DNA of 64,000 nucleotides from Acidobacteriota bacterium. Its GTDB lineage: Bacteria; Acidobacteriota; Aminicenantia; UBA2199. Shown in pieces: positions 9,025-19,043 of the stretch. Under the pieces are notes generated by a model. It saw nothing but the letters and a program-made list of their open reading frames with translations, was not told where the DNA came from and did not search any database. Where the stretch lies: assembly GCA_039714255.1 (NCBI GenBank), contig JBDLJQ010000001.1:13818-77817 (forward strand), given 5' to 3'. Numbering within the stretch: the stretch's first letter is position 1; each line of letters begins with the position of its first letter. A program made the translations under genes and the position numbers.

Positions 9025-11106
9025 TTAATCTTCGTGGAATTGGAGGTTTACTATTGATGTATCGATGAGTTTTTCCCCTCTTTCACTGAAATTGATCAGA
9101 ATCTTATTGTCATCAATCTGTTTGATTATCACACCTTCTCCGAAGATGGGGTGAGAAACTATCTTTTCAGGTTCTTCAGGTTCACTTTCAAAAGGGGCAA
9201 ACTGCCCGGAGGGTACGAAACTGTTCAATAATTCCCCATATGAATATGCAATATTAATTGAATTTAGATCTGTTTCAGATAAAAACTTTGATTCCCTCGG
9301 GCCTCCTGTTGAAATAATAAGGCGGTCAACTGCTCTTGTGGAAGCAACATATAACAGCCTCCTTTCCTCTTCAATTTCCGACTGCCCTTTCCTCATAAAA
9401 AAAGGTAAAAATGTTGAGTTTGCTCCTGCAATAATAACAGTGGGGTATTCCAGCCCTTTCGAATTGTGCATGGTCAGAAGGAGGACTTTTGCAGACCTTT
9501 TTTCCTCCTTTCCACCCGATTCCAGGGAGAGACGGTCAAGAAGTTCTGAAAAATCTTTGTTATTCTCGCTTTCCAGTTCCCATTTTTCAATAAATTCTTT
9601 CAATTCATCAATATTGAATAGCCTGTCATTTTCCCCCCTCCTTTTCAGATAATCAATATAACCTGATACATTCAGCAGGATTGAAAGTATTTCAGAAACA
9701 CTCATTTCATCTTTTTTTTCATTTAATTTAAATATATTTTCAAAGAGTGGTTTTGAACTGAACTTTTCCGGAAAATGATTTTTAAGGGTTTCCACAAGGG
9801 AGAGTTTTTTCTCCATTCCGGTCTTACGGATCACAGACATTGTCTTTTCACCTATCCCCAGAGGGAGAAAATCTGTCACCCTTACAAATGAGATGTCATC
9901 CTTAATGTTCAGTGTAAGCTTTAAAAGGGCGATTGTATCTTTGATCTCTTTCCTGTCAAAAAACCTGAGTCCCTTAACGATCCTGTAATCAATATCACGT
10001 TTTTGAAAGACCGTTTCAAAAGGGAAAGACTGGGAATTGATCCTGTATAAAATTGCAACAGGAAATATTTCAGGTTTTTCTTTTAAAAGGAATTCAATCA
10101 GATCACCAATATTTTCCGCTTCACTCTCTTTTGAACTTGTCAGATAGAGAGTGACAGGATTCCCTTCATCCTTTTCAGTCCACATCTCTTTATACTTTCT
10201 GAACCTGTTCTTCCTGATAATTTTATTGGCAAAAGAAAGTATATGCTTTGTGGAACGGTAATTCCTTTCCAGTTTCAATATTTTTGTACCTTTAAAATCT
10301 TTTTCAAAATCAAGAAGAAAACGGATGTTCGCTCCTCTCCATGAATATATTGCCTGATCATCATCACCAACAACAGTGATTCCCCTGTGGCCTGATGCAA
10401 TAGACTTCATTAATTCATACTGGTTCGGGTTTGTATCCTGAAACTCATCAACCATTACGTATTTAAACCTGGTTTCATATTTTTTTCTTAAGCCGGGATC
10501 ATTTCTCATAAGGATAACAGGGAGGGAGATCAGGTCCTCAAAATCCCATACTTTATTCTCCTTCTGAAAATTATAATAATAGGAAAATATATCAATCTCT
10601 GCTTCCGATAACCCCCTTCTGTAAAGAATATCTTTATTATTGGGATAATTAAGATTCATTTTTTCCCTGTTTATTTTTTTTATAACATCATCAGCCATAT
10701 CATTTGTAAAATATGAAAATTTTTCTTTTATATATTTTTCGATTACCTTTTTCTGATCTTTATCATCACCTACACTCCAGTTATGATCATACCCATAAGC
10801 TTTTCCCGCTTCTCTGAGGATCCTCAGCCCGAGAGAATGAAAAGTTGATATATTGAATAACCTGGGGTCAAGTCCGGTCATTTCGGTTATTCTGCTTTTC
10901 ATCTCATTTGCCGCCTTATTTGTAAATGTCACACCGAGAATATTCAGGGGAGAATAATTCATCTCTTCTATCAGGTAGGCAATCTTCATTGTTATAACTT
11001 TGGTTTTCCCGGACCCTGCCCCGGCAATTATCAGGAGTGGTTCCCCTGTGAATTTGACCGCTTCCGCCTGTGCTTTGTTCAGATCATTAAGAATACTATT
11101 TTTCAT
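9025..11106 (-). CDS. UvrD/PcrA/Rep-type ATP-dependent DNA helicase (SF1)
   Basis: Walker A AGAGSGKT, DEFQDTN (motif II), and VGDDDQAIYSWRGA. 693 aa. Confidence 0.9.
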   Translation of the reverse strand: MKNSILNDLNKAQAEAVKFTGEPLLIIAGAGSGKTKVITMKIAYLIEEMNYSPLNILGVTFTNKAANEMKSRITEMTGLDPRLFNISTFHSLGLRILREAGKAYGYDHNWSVGDDKDQKKVIEKYIKEKFSYFTNDMADDVIKKINREKMNLNYPNNKDILYRRGLSEAEIDIFSYYYNFQKENKVWDFEDLISLPVILMRNDPGLRKKYETRFKYVMVDEFQDTNPNQYELMKSIASGHRGITVVGDDDQAIYSWRGANIRFLLDFEKDFKGTKILKLERNYRSTKHILSFANKIIRKNRFRKYKEMWTEKDEGNPVTLYLTSSKESEAENIGDLIEFLLKEKPEIFPVAILYRINSQSFPFETVFQKRDIDYRIVKGLRFFDRKEIKDTIALLKLTLNIKDDISFVRVTDFLPLGIGEKTMSVIRKTGMEKKLSLVETLKNHFPEKFSSKPLFENIFKLNEKKDEMSVSEILSILLNVSGYIDYLKRRGENDRLFNIDELKEFIEKWELESENNKDFSELLDRLSLESGGKEEKRSAKVLLLTMHNSKGLEYPTVIIAGANSTFLPFFMRKGQSEIEEERRLLYVASTRAVDRLIISTGGPRESKFLSETDLNSINIAYSYGELLNSFVPSGQFAPFESEPEEPEKIVSHPIFGEGVIIKQIDDNKILINFSERGEKLIDTSIVNLQFHED

Positions 11107-11800
11107 CCTTTCCCCTTATGAACGGGACAAAAGGAACCGGTATCAGGTTTGTCCTTTTAAGGTTTCCCGATGCATCTTTTTCAATAAGAATAAACTCCTG
11201 CACTTTTGAGGAATAACTCACGGGAATTATCATCCTCCCATTAACGGCAAGCTGTTCCAGAAGGTCGGGAGGAATATGGTCTGGCGAATAAGTGCATATT
11301 ATTCCGTCAAAGGGAGCATAGCCCTTCCAACCCAGTGCACCATCCCCGATCCTGAACTTTATATTTTTATAGCCCAGAGAGTCAAGTTGCCTCTTTGCTT
11401 TTTTTGCCAGTAAAGGCCTGTTCTCAATAGTAAAAACCTCTTTAACAAGTTCAGCAAGAATTGCTGCATGAAAACCGGACCCTGTACCTATTTCAAGTAC
11501 TTTTTTATTATAATCAGGTGCAATGACATATGTCATCATGGCAACTACATAAGGCCGGTCAATTGATTGCCCCTCACCGATCTCAAGCGAAAAGTCTCCA
11601 TAGGAATCTTTCCTGAATTCTTCCTTTACGAAAAGGTGCCTTTTAACTCTCATGAATGCATTGATCAGCCTTTTATCGGTAATTCCCCTTTTCAATATCT
11701 GTTTGTCTACCATATTCTTACGTAGAAGAAAATAATCTTTTCCCCCGACAGACACAAAAAACACGGGGAATATCAGCATGGCAAGGATCAGTTTTTTCAT
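11096..11800 (-). CDS. pcm: protein-L-isoaspartate O-methyltransferase, with signal/anchor N-terminus
   Basis: VLEIGTGSGFHAA SAM motif and overall PCMT layout. Overlaps the helicase start by 11 nt. Confidence 0.85.
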   Translation of the reverse strand: MKKLILAMLIFPVFFVSVGGKDYFLLRKNMVDKQILKRGITDKRLINAFMRVKRHLFVKEEFRKDSYGDFSLEIGEGQSIDRPYVVAMMTYVIAPDYNKKVLEIGTGSGFHAAILAELVKEVFTIENRPLLAKKAKRQLDSLGYKNIKFRIGDGALGWKGYAPFDGIICTYSPDHIPPDLLEQLAVNGRMIIPVSYSSKVQEFILIEKDASGNLKRTNLIPVPFVPFIRGKDEK

Positions 11801-11899
11801 CCTTTTATTGTAACAGAAATACAGGTAACAGTAAATTTGTTCAGCACCGGATTTACTCTTGTTGATATTGCCAAAAAATTGTACTATATTCTTTACAAA

Positions 11900-14044
11900 A
11901 TGATTAAAAGATTTTTTGAGCTTCAGGAAAGGGTTTTAAACTATCACAAAAATGCTAATACTGAACTTTTAAAAAAAGCATATTCAATAGCTGCAGATGC
12001 ACACCTGAACCAGACAAGAGCATCCAAAGAATCATATATTACCCACCCATTGTCTGTTGCTGCTATCCTGGCGGACATGAAACTGGATGAAATATCTATT
12101 GCTTCCGGCCTGCTTCACGATGTGGTTGAAGATTCTTCATATTCTATAGAAGATATAAACAGGCTTTTTGGAAAAGAGATCGGAGATATTGTCTGGGGTG
12201 TTACAAAGATCACCAAGATATCGGATATGGATGCAGAGAATGCAAAAGCAGAAACGCTAAAAAAAATGATCATTGCAATGACTCATGATGTCAGGGTCAT
12301 TCTGATAAAACTTGCAGACAGAATGCACAATATAAGTACACTGGGGGCTCTCAAAGCTGAAAAGAGAAAAAGGATCGCAAAAGAGACTCTGGATATTTAT
12401 GCTCCTATTGCCGCAAGGCTGGGAATGGGAAAAATAAAAGGTATCCTGGAAGATACTTCATTCAAATATTCATATCCTGAGGAACATGAAAGGATCAGCA
12501 GTGAAATAGGAAATAAAAAAGAATGGGCCCAACAGAAACTGGAGTTGTTCCAGAAAGAGTTGAAAAAAATATTGAAAGATTTTGGAATAAAAGGAGATAT
12601 CCATTACAGGATAAAGAGAGAGATATCTATCTACAGAAAATTAAAAAGACAGAATATTGATCTCAACAGTGTTTTTGACCTTCTGGGCCTCAGAATAATA
12701 CTTAATTCAATAGAAGATTGTTATGCAATAATGGGGGAGATCCATCAGAGATACAGGCCTATTCCGGGAAGGTGGAGGGATTTTATTGCTAACCCGAGAA
12801 ATAACGGCTACCAGTCTATACATACAACAATAATTTCCGGAGAAGGAATAAAATATGAGATACAGATAAGGACTAAAGAGATGCACAGGGTTGCAGAAGA
12901 GGGAATCGCAGCTCACTGGAAATATAAAGACGGAATTTCATTTCTTGAAAATGATAACCGGCTCCACTGGTTCAGGGAGATGATAGAGATTCATAAGGAA
13001 AACCCTAATCCCACAGATTTTCTGAACCTGGTCAAAGGTGACCTTACTGAAAAAGAGCTCTATGTTTTTACTCCCAAAGGTAAAGTGATAAATCTGAAAG
13101 CAGGATCAACACCAATTGATTTCGCATATGCCATACATACTGAAGTAGGCGATCATTGCAAGGGAGCTATCGTAAATGAACATATGGTGCCGATCAAAAA
13201 GCAACTGAGTTCCGGAGATGTAATTGAAATCCAGACATCAAAAAATGTATCTCCCAGTATTGACTGGCTGAAGCATGTAGCGACAAATAAAGCAAGAAAG
13301 AAAATATTAAATTTTATTCAGCAGAAAGAGAATAAAAAAAATATTGAAAAAGGCCGTAGATTGTGGAGTAAAGTGTTAAGGGAATACAAAAAAAAATATA
13401 AACTGAAACTGAATAGTGATGAAGTTCTGGGAAGGTTAAATAGGTTACACTATACAGATTGCGAAACCTTTTACAGAGATCTGGGGTCAAACAAAAAGAG
13501 TCTTGACAAAAAAACCCTCAGGACAATTTTCAGTGAAGTGGAAGTCCTGGAGATAAAACCTAAAAAAACCGTAACAAGAAAAAAGGACCAATTATATAAA
13601 TTGATAAGTGTTGAAGGATATCAGAATATAGATTTTGTGTTTGCCAAATGTTGTAATCCTGTCAAAGGGGAAAAAATAAGAGGATATATCACTTTGAACA
13701 GAGGCCTGGTAATACACAGGGATAATTGTTCCAGTCTGAAGAATGTTATCAGTGACAGGGTCAAAAGTGTTCAATGGAATGATACAGCAGAATTTATCCA
13801 GCTTGTTAAATATGATCTGATCGTTAATGACAGCCCGGGTATCCTCAGTCAGGTCTCAAACATAACGGCGAATCATAATTCGAATATTAAAAAGATCGAA
13901 AATGAAAATATTACACAGAATACAAGTAAAATCAAAATAACATTTGAGATCAGTGACATAAGCCAGCTAAAGAAGATCTATAAAGATTTTACGGACCTGA
14001 AAGATGTCTTTCAGGTGATCAGAAAAAGAATTTCTGAAAAGTGA
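11900..14044 (+). CDS. bifunctional (p)ppGpp synthetase/hydrolase (RelA/SpoT homologue)
   Basis: HD hydrolase domain (HPLSVA...LLHDVVEDS), a RelA_SpoT synthetase region, and TGS and ACT-like C-terminal domains. The track start 11837 is a TTG; the ATG at 11900 (MIKRFFEL) is more plausible. Confidence 0.9.
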   Translation: MIKRFFELQERVLNYHKNANTELLKKAYSIAADAHLNQTRASKESYITHPLSVAAILADMKLDEISIASGLLHDVVEDSSYSIEDINRLFGKEIGDIVWGVTKITKISDMDAENAKAETLKKMIIAMTHDVRVILIKLADRMHNISTLGALKAEKRKRIAKETLDIYAPIAARLGMGKIKGILEDTSFKYSYPEEHERISSEIGNKKEWAQQKLELFQKELKKILKDFGIKGDIHYRIKREISIYRKLKRQNIDLNSVFDLLGLRIILNSIEDCYAIMGEIHQRYRPIPGRWRDFIANPRNNGYQSIHTTIISGEGIKYEIQIRTKEMHRVAEEGIAAHWKYKDGISFLENDNRLHWFREMIEIHKENPNPTDFLNLVKGDLTEKELYVFTPKGKVINLKAGSTPIDFAYAIHTEVGDHCKGAIVNEHMVPIKKQLSSGDVIEIQTSKNVSPSIDWLKHVATNKARKKILNFIQQKENKKNIEKGRRLWSKVLREYKKKYKLKLNSDEVLGRLNRLHYTDCETFYRDLGSNKKSLDKKTLRTIFSEVEVLEIKPKKTVTRKKDQLYKLISVEGYQNIDFVFAKCCNPVKGEKIRGYITLNRGLVIHRDNCSSLKNVISDRVKSVQWNDTAEFIQLVKYDLIVNDSPGILSQVSNITANHNSNIKKIENENITQNTSKIKITFEISDISQLKKIYKDFTDLKDVFQVIRKRISEK

Positions 14045-14046
14045 CA

Positions 14047-14601
14047 TTATTTTTTTAACTGTCTGTTCCTGTCCCTCAATGAAAAAACACATCCACAATA
14101 ATCCTGATGTTTTATCCCCAGATCATGGCTCATTACCGTTCCGATTTTAAAGCCATCTCTTTTCTTAAAATTTTCCGGTAAAAAATCAACCCCGTATTTC
14201 CGGCTTAATAAATATCCTTCCCTGTTTATCTGGTCGATAGCTTTATATGGACTTATGGAAAGTGTCGATGCTACCATATCAAAATCATTTTCCTTTGCAT
14301 ATTGGAAAACTTTATCAAACCTCATATTAAAACAGATAGAACATCTTTCTCCCCTTTCGGGATCTTTCTCATGTCCTCTGATCAATTTGAACCAGTTTTT
14401 AATATCATATTCGGATAATATAACCTTCCAATTCAGTTTTTCTGCAACCTTTTTTGTTTCTTCAACCCTGAACTCATATTCTTTCACCGGATGAATATTG
14501 GGATTATAAAAAAACCCGGTGACATCATACTCCTCCATCAATTTTCTTACTACATAAACAGCACATGGTGCGCAACATATATGAAGAAGTAATTTTTTCA
14601 A
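14047..14601 (-). CDS. queH: epoxyqueuosine reductase QueH (DUF208)
   Basis: LLLHICCAPCAVY N-terminus and C-terminal DYCGC, typical of QueH. 184 aa. Confidence 0.85.
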   Translation of the reverse strand: MKKLLLHICCAPCAVYVVRKLMEEYDVTGFFYNPNIHPVKEYEFRVEETKKVAEKLNWKVILSEYDIKNWFKLIRGHEKDPERGERCSICFNMRFDKVFQYAKENDFDMVASTLSISPYKAIDQINREGYLLSRKYGVDFLPENFKKRDGFKIGTVMSHDLGIKHQDYCGCVFSLRDRNRQLKK

Positions 14602-14602
14602 A

Positions 14603-15460
14603 TTATTCCGCCTTTGTATTCCTCTCCCTCATCTCATTCACATTATGAGCATCACTGCCTCTTGTAAAGAAAAGGCCATATTTTTCTGTTTTTCTCCTGA
14701 TCAAAGCGAGAATCTCTTTTTGATAAGATCTTGAAAAATCACCGGGAGAAAGTTTGAAGTAATCATAAAAAACCTCAACTCCATCGAGGCCGTATCTGAG
14801 CAGATCAGTTATCATGGTATCAAGATTTACCTTACCGCTGTGGATATAATACCCGGGATGTGCAATAACAGCTTTTCCACCCGCATCTTTAATTATTTTT
14901 ACTATATCCTCTGATGGAAGTTTCGGCACTATGGTATCTGCCGGGCAATTTTTTGAGATCCACTTCGCTGCATCTTTATAAGAACTGAAAATATCTTTTT
15001 TCAGAAGTTCCCTCACTATGTGGGGTTTCATAAGTGTTTCTCTCCCTTTTACAAATATATCTTTTTCAGGAATGCCCTTTTTTCCAAGGTTCAGGTTTAC
15101 TTTATCAAGGATCTCCCCGATCCTTTTTTTTCTAAGAAAATGTATCTCTTCAAGATGCTGTAAAAGATTTTTATTGTGAATATCAAGATCATAACCGAGA
15201 ATATGTACCTCAATCCCGTTATACTCGCTATCAAGTTCAATACCTGTGATCAGTTCTATTCCAGAATCAGATCCTTTTTCTTTCAACCGTTTCCCGTCTG
15301 TTATATGTACACCAAGTCCGTCATGATCTGTAATTGAAATTTTTTGCAGCCCGATCTCTGCGGCAATATCTAATATCTCATCACCTGACATTTCTCCGTC
15401 CGAGGCAAAAGTATGAAGATGAAGATCCATTAGATGTGTGTCAATTTCGTTCAGGTTCAT
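14603..15460 (-). CDS. PHP (polymerase/histidinol-phosphatase) domain metal-dependent phosphoesterase
   Basis: DLHLHTFASDG at the N-terminus, AHPG, and GSDAH at the C-terminus. These are the PHP His/Asp motifs. Confidence 0.75.
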   Translation of the reverse strand: MNLNEIDTHLMDLHLHTFASDGEMSGDEILDIAAEIGLQKISITDHDGLGVHITDGKRLKEKGSDSGIELITGIELDSEYNGIEVHILGYDLDIHNKNLLQHLEEIHFLRKKRIGEILDKVNLNLGKKGIPEKDIFVKGRETLMKPHIVRELLKKDIFSSYKDAAKWISKNCPADTIVPKLPSEDIVKIIKDAGGKAVIAHPGYYIHSGKVNLDTMITDLLRYGLDGVEVFYDYFKLSPGDFSRSYQKEILALIRRKTEKYGLFFTRGSDAHNVNEMRERNTKAE

Positions 15461-15504
15461 AGTGGGTTATGTTACCACAATTTTACTTTTTTGAAAATTC
15501 AATT

Positions 15505-15723
15505 TTAAGCAAACTGAACATCCTCTTCACCAAATAATTCATTCAAAAGTTTTGTGATCTTTCCCGGTACATTTGTAGATATCTTCTTTTTCTCAGGTTC
15601 CCGATAGATAAGATTATACCTTCTTCTGATAAAACTGGGAGTTTCAATATCTCCAAGAGAGATCTGGCCATTCTTTAAAACATAATTCTTTGCAATTTCT
15701 TCAAGCTCTGAAAATTTTTCCAT
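15505..15723 (-). CDS. hypothetical small protein (72 aa)
   Basis: ORF preceded by an AGGAGG-like RBS (caggaggtaataatg on the minus strand). No recognisable domain. Confidence 0.4.
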   Translation of the reverse strand: MEKFSELEEIAKNYVLKNGQISLGDIETPSFIRRRYNLIYREPEKKKISTNVPGKITKLLNELFGEEDVQFA

Positions 15724-15811
15724 TATTACCTCCTGACAATATTATAAATGGGGGTGTAAGACAAATAATGTCGTTGCCGGAAGAAAAATTAATTTAGTTT
15801 AAAGTTATAAT

Positions 15812-16771
15812 TTAGATCTTGTATAATTTTTTCAGATTTTTTATTTTTTCTTTAACGAGGTCCCGGAGTTCCGGTGGAGATATAACCTCAACTTCCGATC
15901 CGAAACTTAAAATATCCTTTATTATTTCCCTGAAATCAGATACCTGTAGAGTCAGGACCACACATCCTTTCTCTTCTTCAATTTTTTGTCCCGGGAACCA
16001 TATCTGATCTTTTACAATCTTTGATGAATTTGGAGAGAATCTGAGGACCACATCTTTCTGTTCTCCTTCAAAAAAGATCCCATACTTTCCCTCGATCTTT
16101 TTTTTAAACCCGGTCTTTAATAATCTGGCCGGGATCGGATCTTTCAATATAATTGCTCCGCTTATCCTCGAAAGGACAAAATCACGGTAATCTTTCTTAT
16201 GTTCACAGAAAGCGATCAGATGCCAGTTTCCCATATAAAGAAGCAGATGGACAGGACTGATAACCCTCTCTGTTTTTTTTTCACTATAAGGAGAATCGTA
16301 AATGATCTTTAATTTTTTTTTATTGTTAAGAGCTAAAATCACCGATTCAAATATCCCCGGAGAAACTTTATAGTACCTTATATTTTTCAGAGAGATCCGT
16401 TTCTCAAGTTCCTCAAAATCTATCCCCGATTCATCAAAGATCTTTTTCAGGAACAAATCGAGATTTTTTTTCTTTTTTTTATGGGGGATCGTAGAGGATA
16501 ATCTTTTTGCTAAGATCAAAGTTATTATATCTTCTTCCGAAGCCCAGAGTCCCGGAAGTTCAAACTTGTCGTCGGAATAGTAATAACCTGATTCATCCGG
16601 TGAATATTCGATGGGGGCATTAAAAAAATTACGCATAAATTCGATCTCTCTCGATGCCTGGCGTGTCGAAATTTCAAATTTTTCCGAAAGGTCTGATATT
16701 TTCGGAAATCTGCCCCTTTTTATCCTGGCATGGAACCATAGATACCTCTCGTAAGACAGCTTCTTTGCCAT
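15812..16771 (-). CDS. HTH + WYL domain transcriptional regulator
   Basis: N-terminal HTH (ISDLSEKFEISTRQASREIEFM) and a WYL-type core (LLLYMGNWHLIAFCEHKKDYRDFVLSRI). The track ORF extends to 16987, adding a hydrophobic 72-aa extension that I consider non-coding. The Met at 16771 (MAKKLSYERY) or 16795 is the probable start. Confidence 0.7.
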   Translation of the reverse strand: MAKKLSYERYLWFHARIKRGRFPKISDLSEKFEISTRQASREIEFMRNFFNAPIEYSPDESGYYYSDDKFELPGLWASEEDIITLILAKRLSSTIPHKKKKKNLDLFLKKIFDESGIDFEELEKRISLKNIRYYKVSPGIFESVILALNNKKKLKIIYDSPYSEKKTERVISPVHLLLYMGNWHLIAFCEHKKDYRDFVLSRISGAIILKDPIPARLLKTGFKKKIEGKYGIFFEGEQKDVVLRFSPNSSKIVKDQIWFPGQKIEEEKGCVVLTLQVSDFREIIKDILSFGSEVEVISPPELRDLVKEKIKNLKKLYKI

Positions 16772-17054
16772 ATCCCATTTATACCAGTTAACCATCAAAT
16801 TTTCAATTTCTGCTTTGCCGGGAACTTTATCACCTGTCCCCTTTACCAAGCATTCAGCTTCCAGCCAAAAAATAAATCCGAAATTCGAATATCGAAGCAC
16901 GAAACAAATAATAATGACAAAAATACAAATGATCCAAACAAAACAGGAAATTATCTTTTGTTTCAGATTTCGAACTTCGTGCTTCAAATTTTAAATCCTT
17001 TTTTTATTATTTTCTACATGGAAATGTTTGTTGTGTTTTAGTAGAATTCTAAAC

Positions 17055-17654
17055 ATGGGAAAAATAAAAAGCATCTGTGTATTCTGCGGGTCCAGCAAAG
17101 GGAAGGATCCGTTATACCTCGAAACTGCCTACAAACTGGGCAACCTCCTTGCGGAAAATAATATTGAGATGGTATATGGCGGAGGAAATGTAGGCCTTAT
17201 GGGAATGGCGGCCAAAGGAGCACTGGACAGAGGAGGCAGAGTTACAGGAGTGATCCCTGAGAAACTTAAAGATATGGAAGTAGCCCACAACGGATTAACC
17301 GAGCTCAAAGTGGTTAAAACCATGCATGAAAGAAAATCCATGATGAACGACCTCTCGGGAGCATTTATTTCGATGCCGGGAGGGATCGGGACCATTGAAG
17401 AAACATTTGAAATATTCACCTGGTTCCAGCTTGGATACATAAATAAACCCATAGGGATCCTCAATGTGTCCGGATTTTTTGATCAATTACTGAAGTTCCT
17501 TGAAAATACGGTGAATGAAGGTTTCCTCAGGAAGGAACATTTTGATACTCTTGTAATTGAAAACGATCCTGATTCTCTGCTTAAAGAGCTATTGAACTTT
17601 AATCATATCCCCATTGAAAAATGGTTCGATAGAGAAAAAAATATAATAAATTAA
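17055..17654 (+). CDS. LOG family (TIGR00730-type) nucleotide 5'-monophosphate nucleosidase
   Basis: VFCGSS, VYGGGNVGLMG and the PGGIGTIEE motif. The ATG at 17055 (MGKIKS) is preferred over the track start 17028. Confidence 0.85.
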   Translation: MGKIKSICVFCGSSKGKDPLYLETAYKLGNLLAENNIEMVYGGGNVGLMGMAAKGALDRGGRVTGVIPEKLKDMEVAHNGLTELKVVKTMHERKSMMNDLSGAFISMPGGIGTIEETFEIFTWFQLGYINKPIGILNVSGFFDQLLKFLENTVNEGFLRKEHFDTLVIENDPDSLLKELLNFNHIPIEKWFDREKNIIN

Positions 17655-17657
17655 AAA

Positions 17658-19028
17658 TCACCTTTTTCTGAAAAGGTATTTCCCCGAGACATTATTAAGA
17701 TCAAAAAGCCCTTCTTTGAAAACCACCTTTCCACCAGCGATCACAATATCAGGCTTCCCTTTTAATTTAAATCCCTCATAAACGGATGTATCACAATTCT
17801 GAAATTGATCTTTTACCGATATTGAAAATTCAGTTTCCGGATCCCACAGGACCAGGTCAGCATCAGCACCTTTCATAATTGTTCCCTTTTGCGGATAGAG
17901 GCCGAAAATTTTTGCCGGTTTCGTAGAGATCATATTCACAAACTGGTTAATTGTTATCCGGTTTTCCAAAACCCCGAATGTATAAAGGAGCCCCAGCCTG
18001 TTCTCAATACTTCCAACACCTTTGGGTATCCGGGAAAAATCATCAATTGCATTTTCACCTTTATTATTAAAAGGGCAATGGTCTGTAGCAAGGGTCTCAA
18101 TTATCCCATCTTTCAGGGCACTCCAGAGAGCACTTTTATCTATCTCTTTTCTCAAAGGGGGGCTCATGATATACCTGGCACTTTCCGGCCCTGATCCATA
18201 GAGAGAATCATCCAGGAGGAGGTAGTGGGGGCATGTTTCTCCAAAAACAGGAATCCCTTCCTTTTTCCCCTCAAGCACTTTGTCAACTCCGTCTTTAGTG
18301 GAGATATGGACAATATAAAGAGGACAACCAGTCAGATGTGAAAAGGATATTGCCCTTTCAACAGCTTCAGATTCAACGATCGCCGGGCGGGACCGGGGAT
18401 AAAATTCAATGGTTTTTTTCCTTTCTTTTTTCAATTTTTCCCCTAGATAATCTGCACTATCACCATTTTCACAATGGATCATCGATATTCCACCTGCATC
18501 TCTGACCATATCCATTGCTTCCAGAATATCTCTGTCGTCCATACCCACAGAATCCTTATATGCCATATACATTTTAAAAGATATTATTCCATCTTCACTT
18601 ACAAGTTTTTTTAATTCATTTCTGATCCCTTCATAGACAGATACAATAGACATGTGGAGGCCATAATCACAGAATGAACTTTCTGCAGCTTTTTTTCTCT
18701 CAACCAATGCTTTGGCCAGGGATTCACCCTTCGATGGAGTTACGAAATCTATGATGGTAGTAGTCCCTCCGGCCAGTGCAGCTTTGCTGCCTGACCTGAA
18801 ATTGTCAGATGAAACAACTTCACCTGCAGTAAGTTCCATATGGACATGGGGGTCCACCCCTCCCGGAAATATCAGCAAACCTGATGCATCTATTTCCCTT
18901 CCTTTAAAACCTTTATTATCAGATACCTCACCCACAGAGACAATTTTACCTTCTGAGATGAAAATATCACCTGAAAATATTTTGTTATGTGTAACAATTT
19001 TACCGTTTTTTATCAGGATATTTTCCAT
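17658..19028 (-). CDS. hyuA: dihydropyrimidinase / D-hydantoinase (HyuA/YgeZ-like cyclic amidohydrolase)
   Basis: 456 aa. GGVDPHVHM metal-binding motif and overall hydantoinase layout. Sits in the yge/ygf-like neighbourhood. Confidence 0.85.
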   Translation of the reverse strand: MENILIKNGKIVTHNKIFSGDIFISEGKIVSVGEVSDNKGFKGREIDASGLLIFPGGVDPHVHMELTAGEVVSSDNFRSGSKAALAGGTTTIIDFVTPSKGESLAKALVERKKAAESSFCDYGLHMSIVSVYEGIRNELKKLVSEDGIISFKMYMAYKDSVGMDDRDILEAMDMVRDAGGISMIHCENGDSADYLGEKLKKERKKTIEFYPRSRPAIVESEAVERAISFSHLTGCPLYIVHISTKDGVDKVLEGKKEGIPVFGETCPHYLLLDDSLYGSGPESARYIMSPPLRKEIDKSALWSALKDGIIETLATDHCPFNNKGENAIDDFSRIPKGVGSIENRLGLLYTFGVLENRITINQFVNMISTKPAKIFGLYPQKGTIMKGADADLVLWDPETEFSISVKDQFQNCDTSVYEGFKLKGKPDIVIAGGKVVFKEGLFDLNNVSGKYLFRKR

Positions 19029-19043
19029 CTTGTTATTCTTATT

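Noticed and set aside
16833-16845. Additional partial copies of the repeat core: 16833 (cctgtccccttta), 35282 (ctgtcccc), 38685, 38921, 39388, and 55240 (reverse orientation with a 1-nt indel)
   Set aside because: These are 8-14-nt matches only. Most lie inside well-supported genes, where they encode K-G-D, G-T-G or V-S-P-V-P peptides, or form AAGGGG-type SD sequences. That is compatible with chance. Only the 16833 match sits in possibly non-coding DNA.
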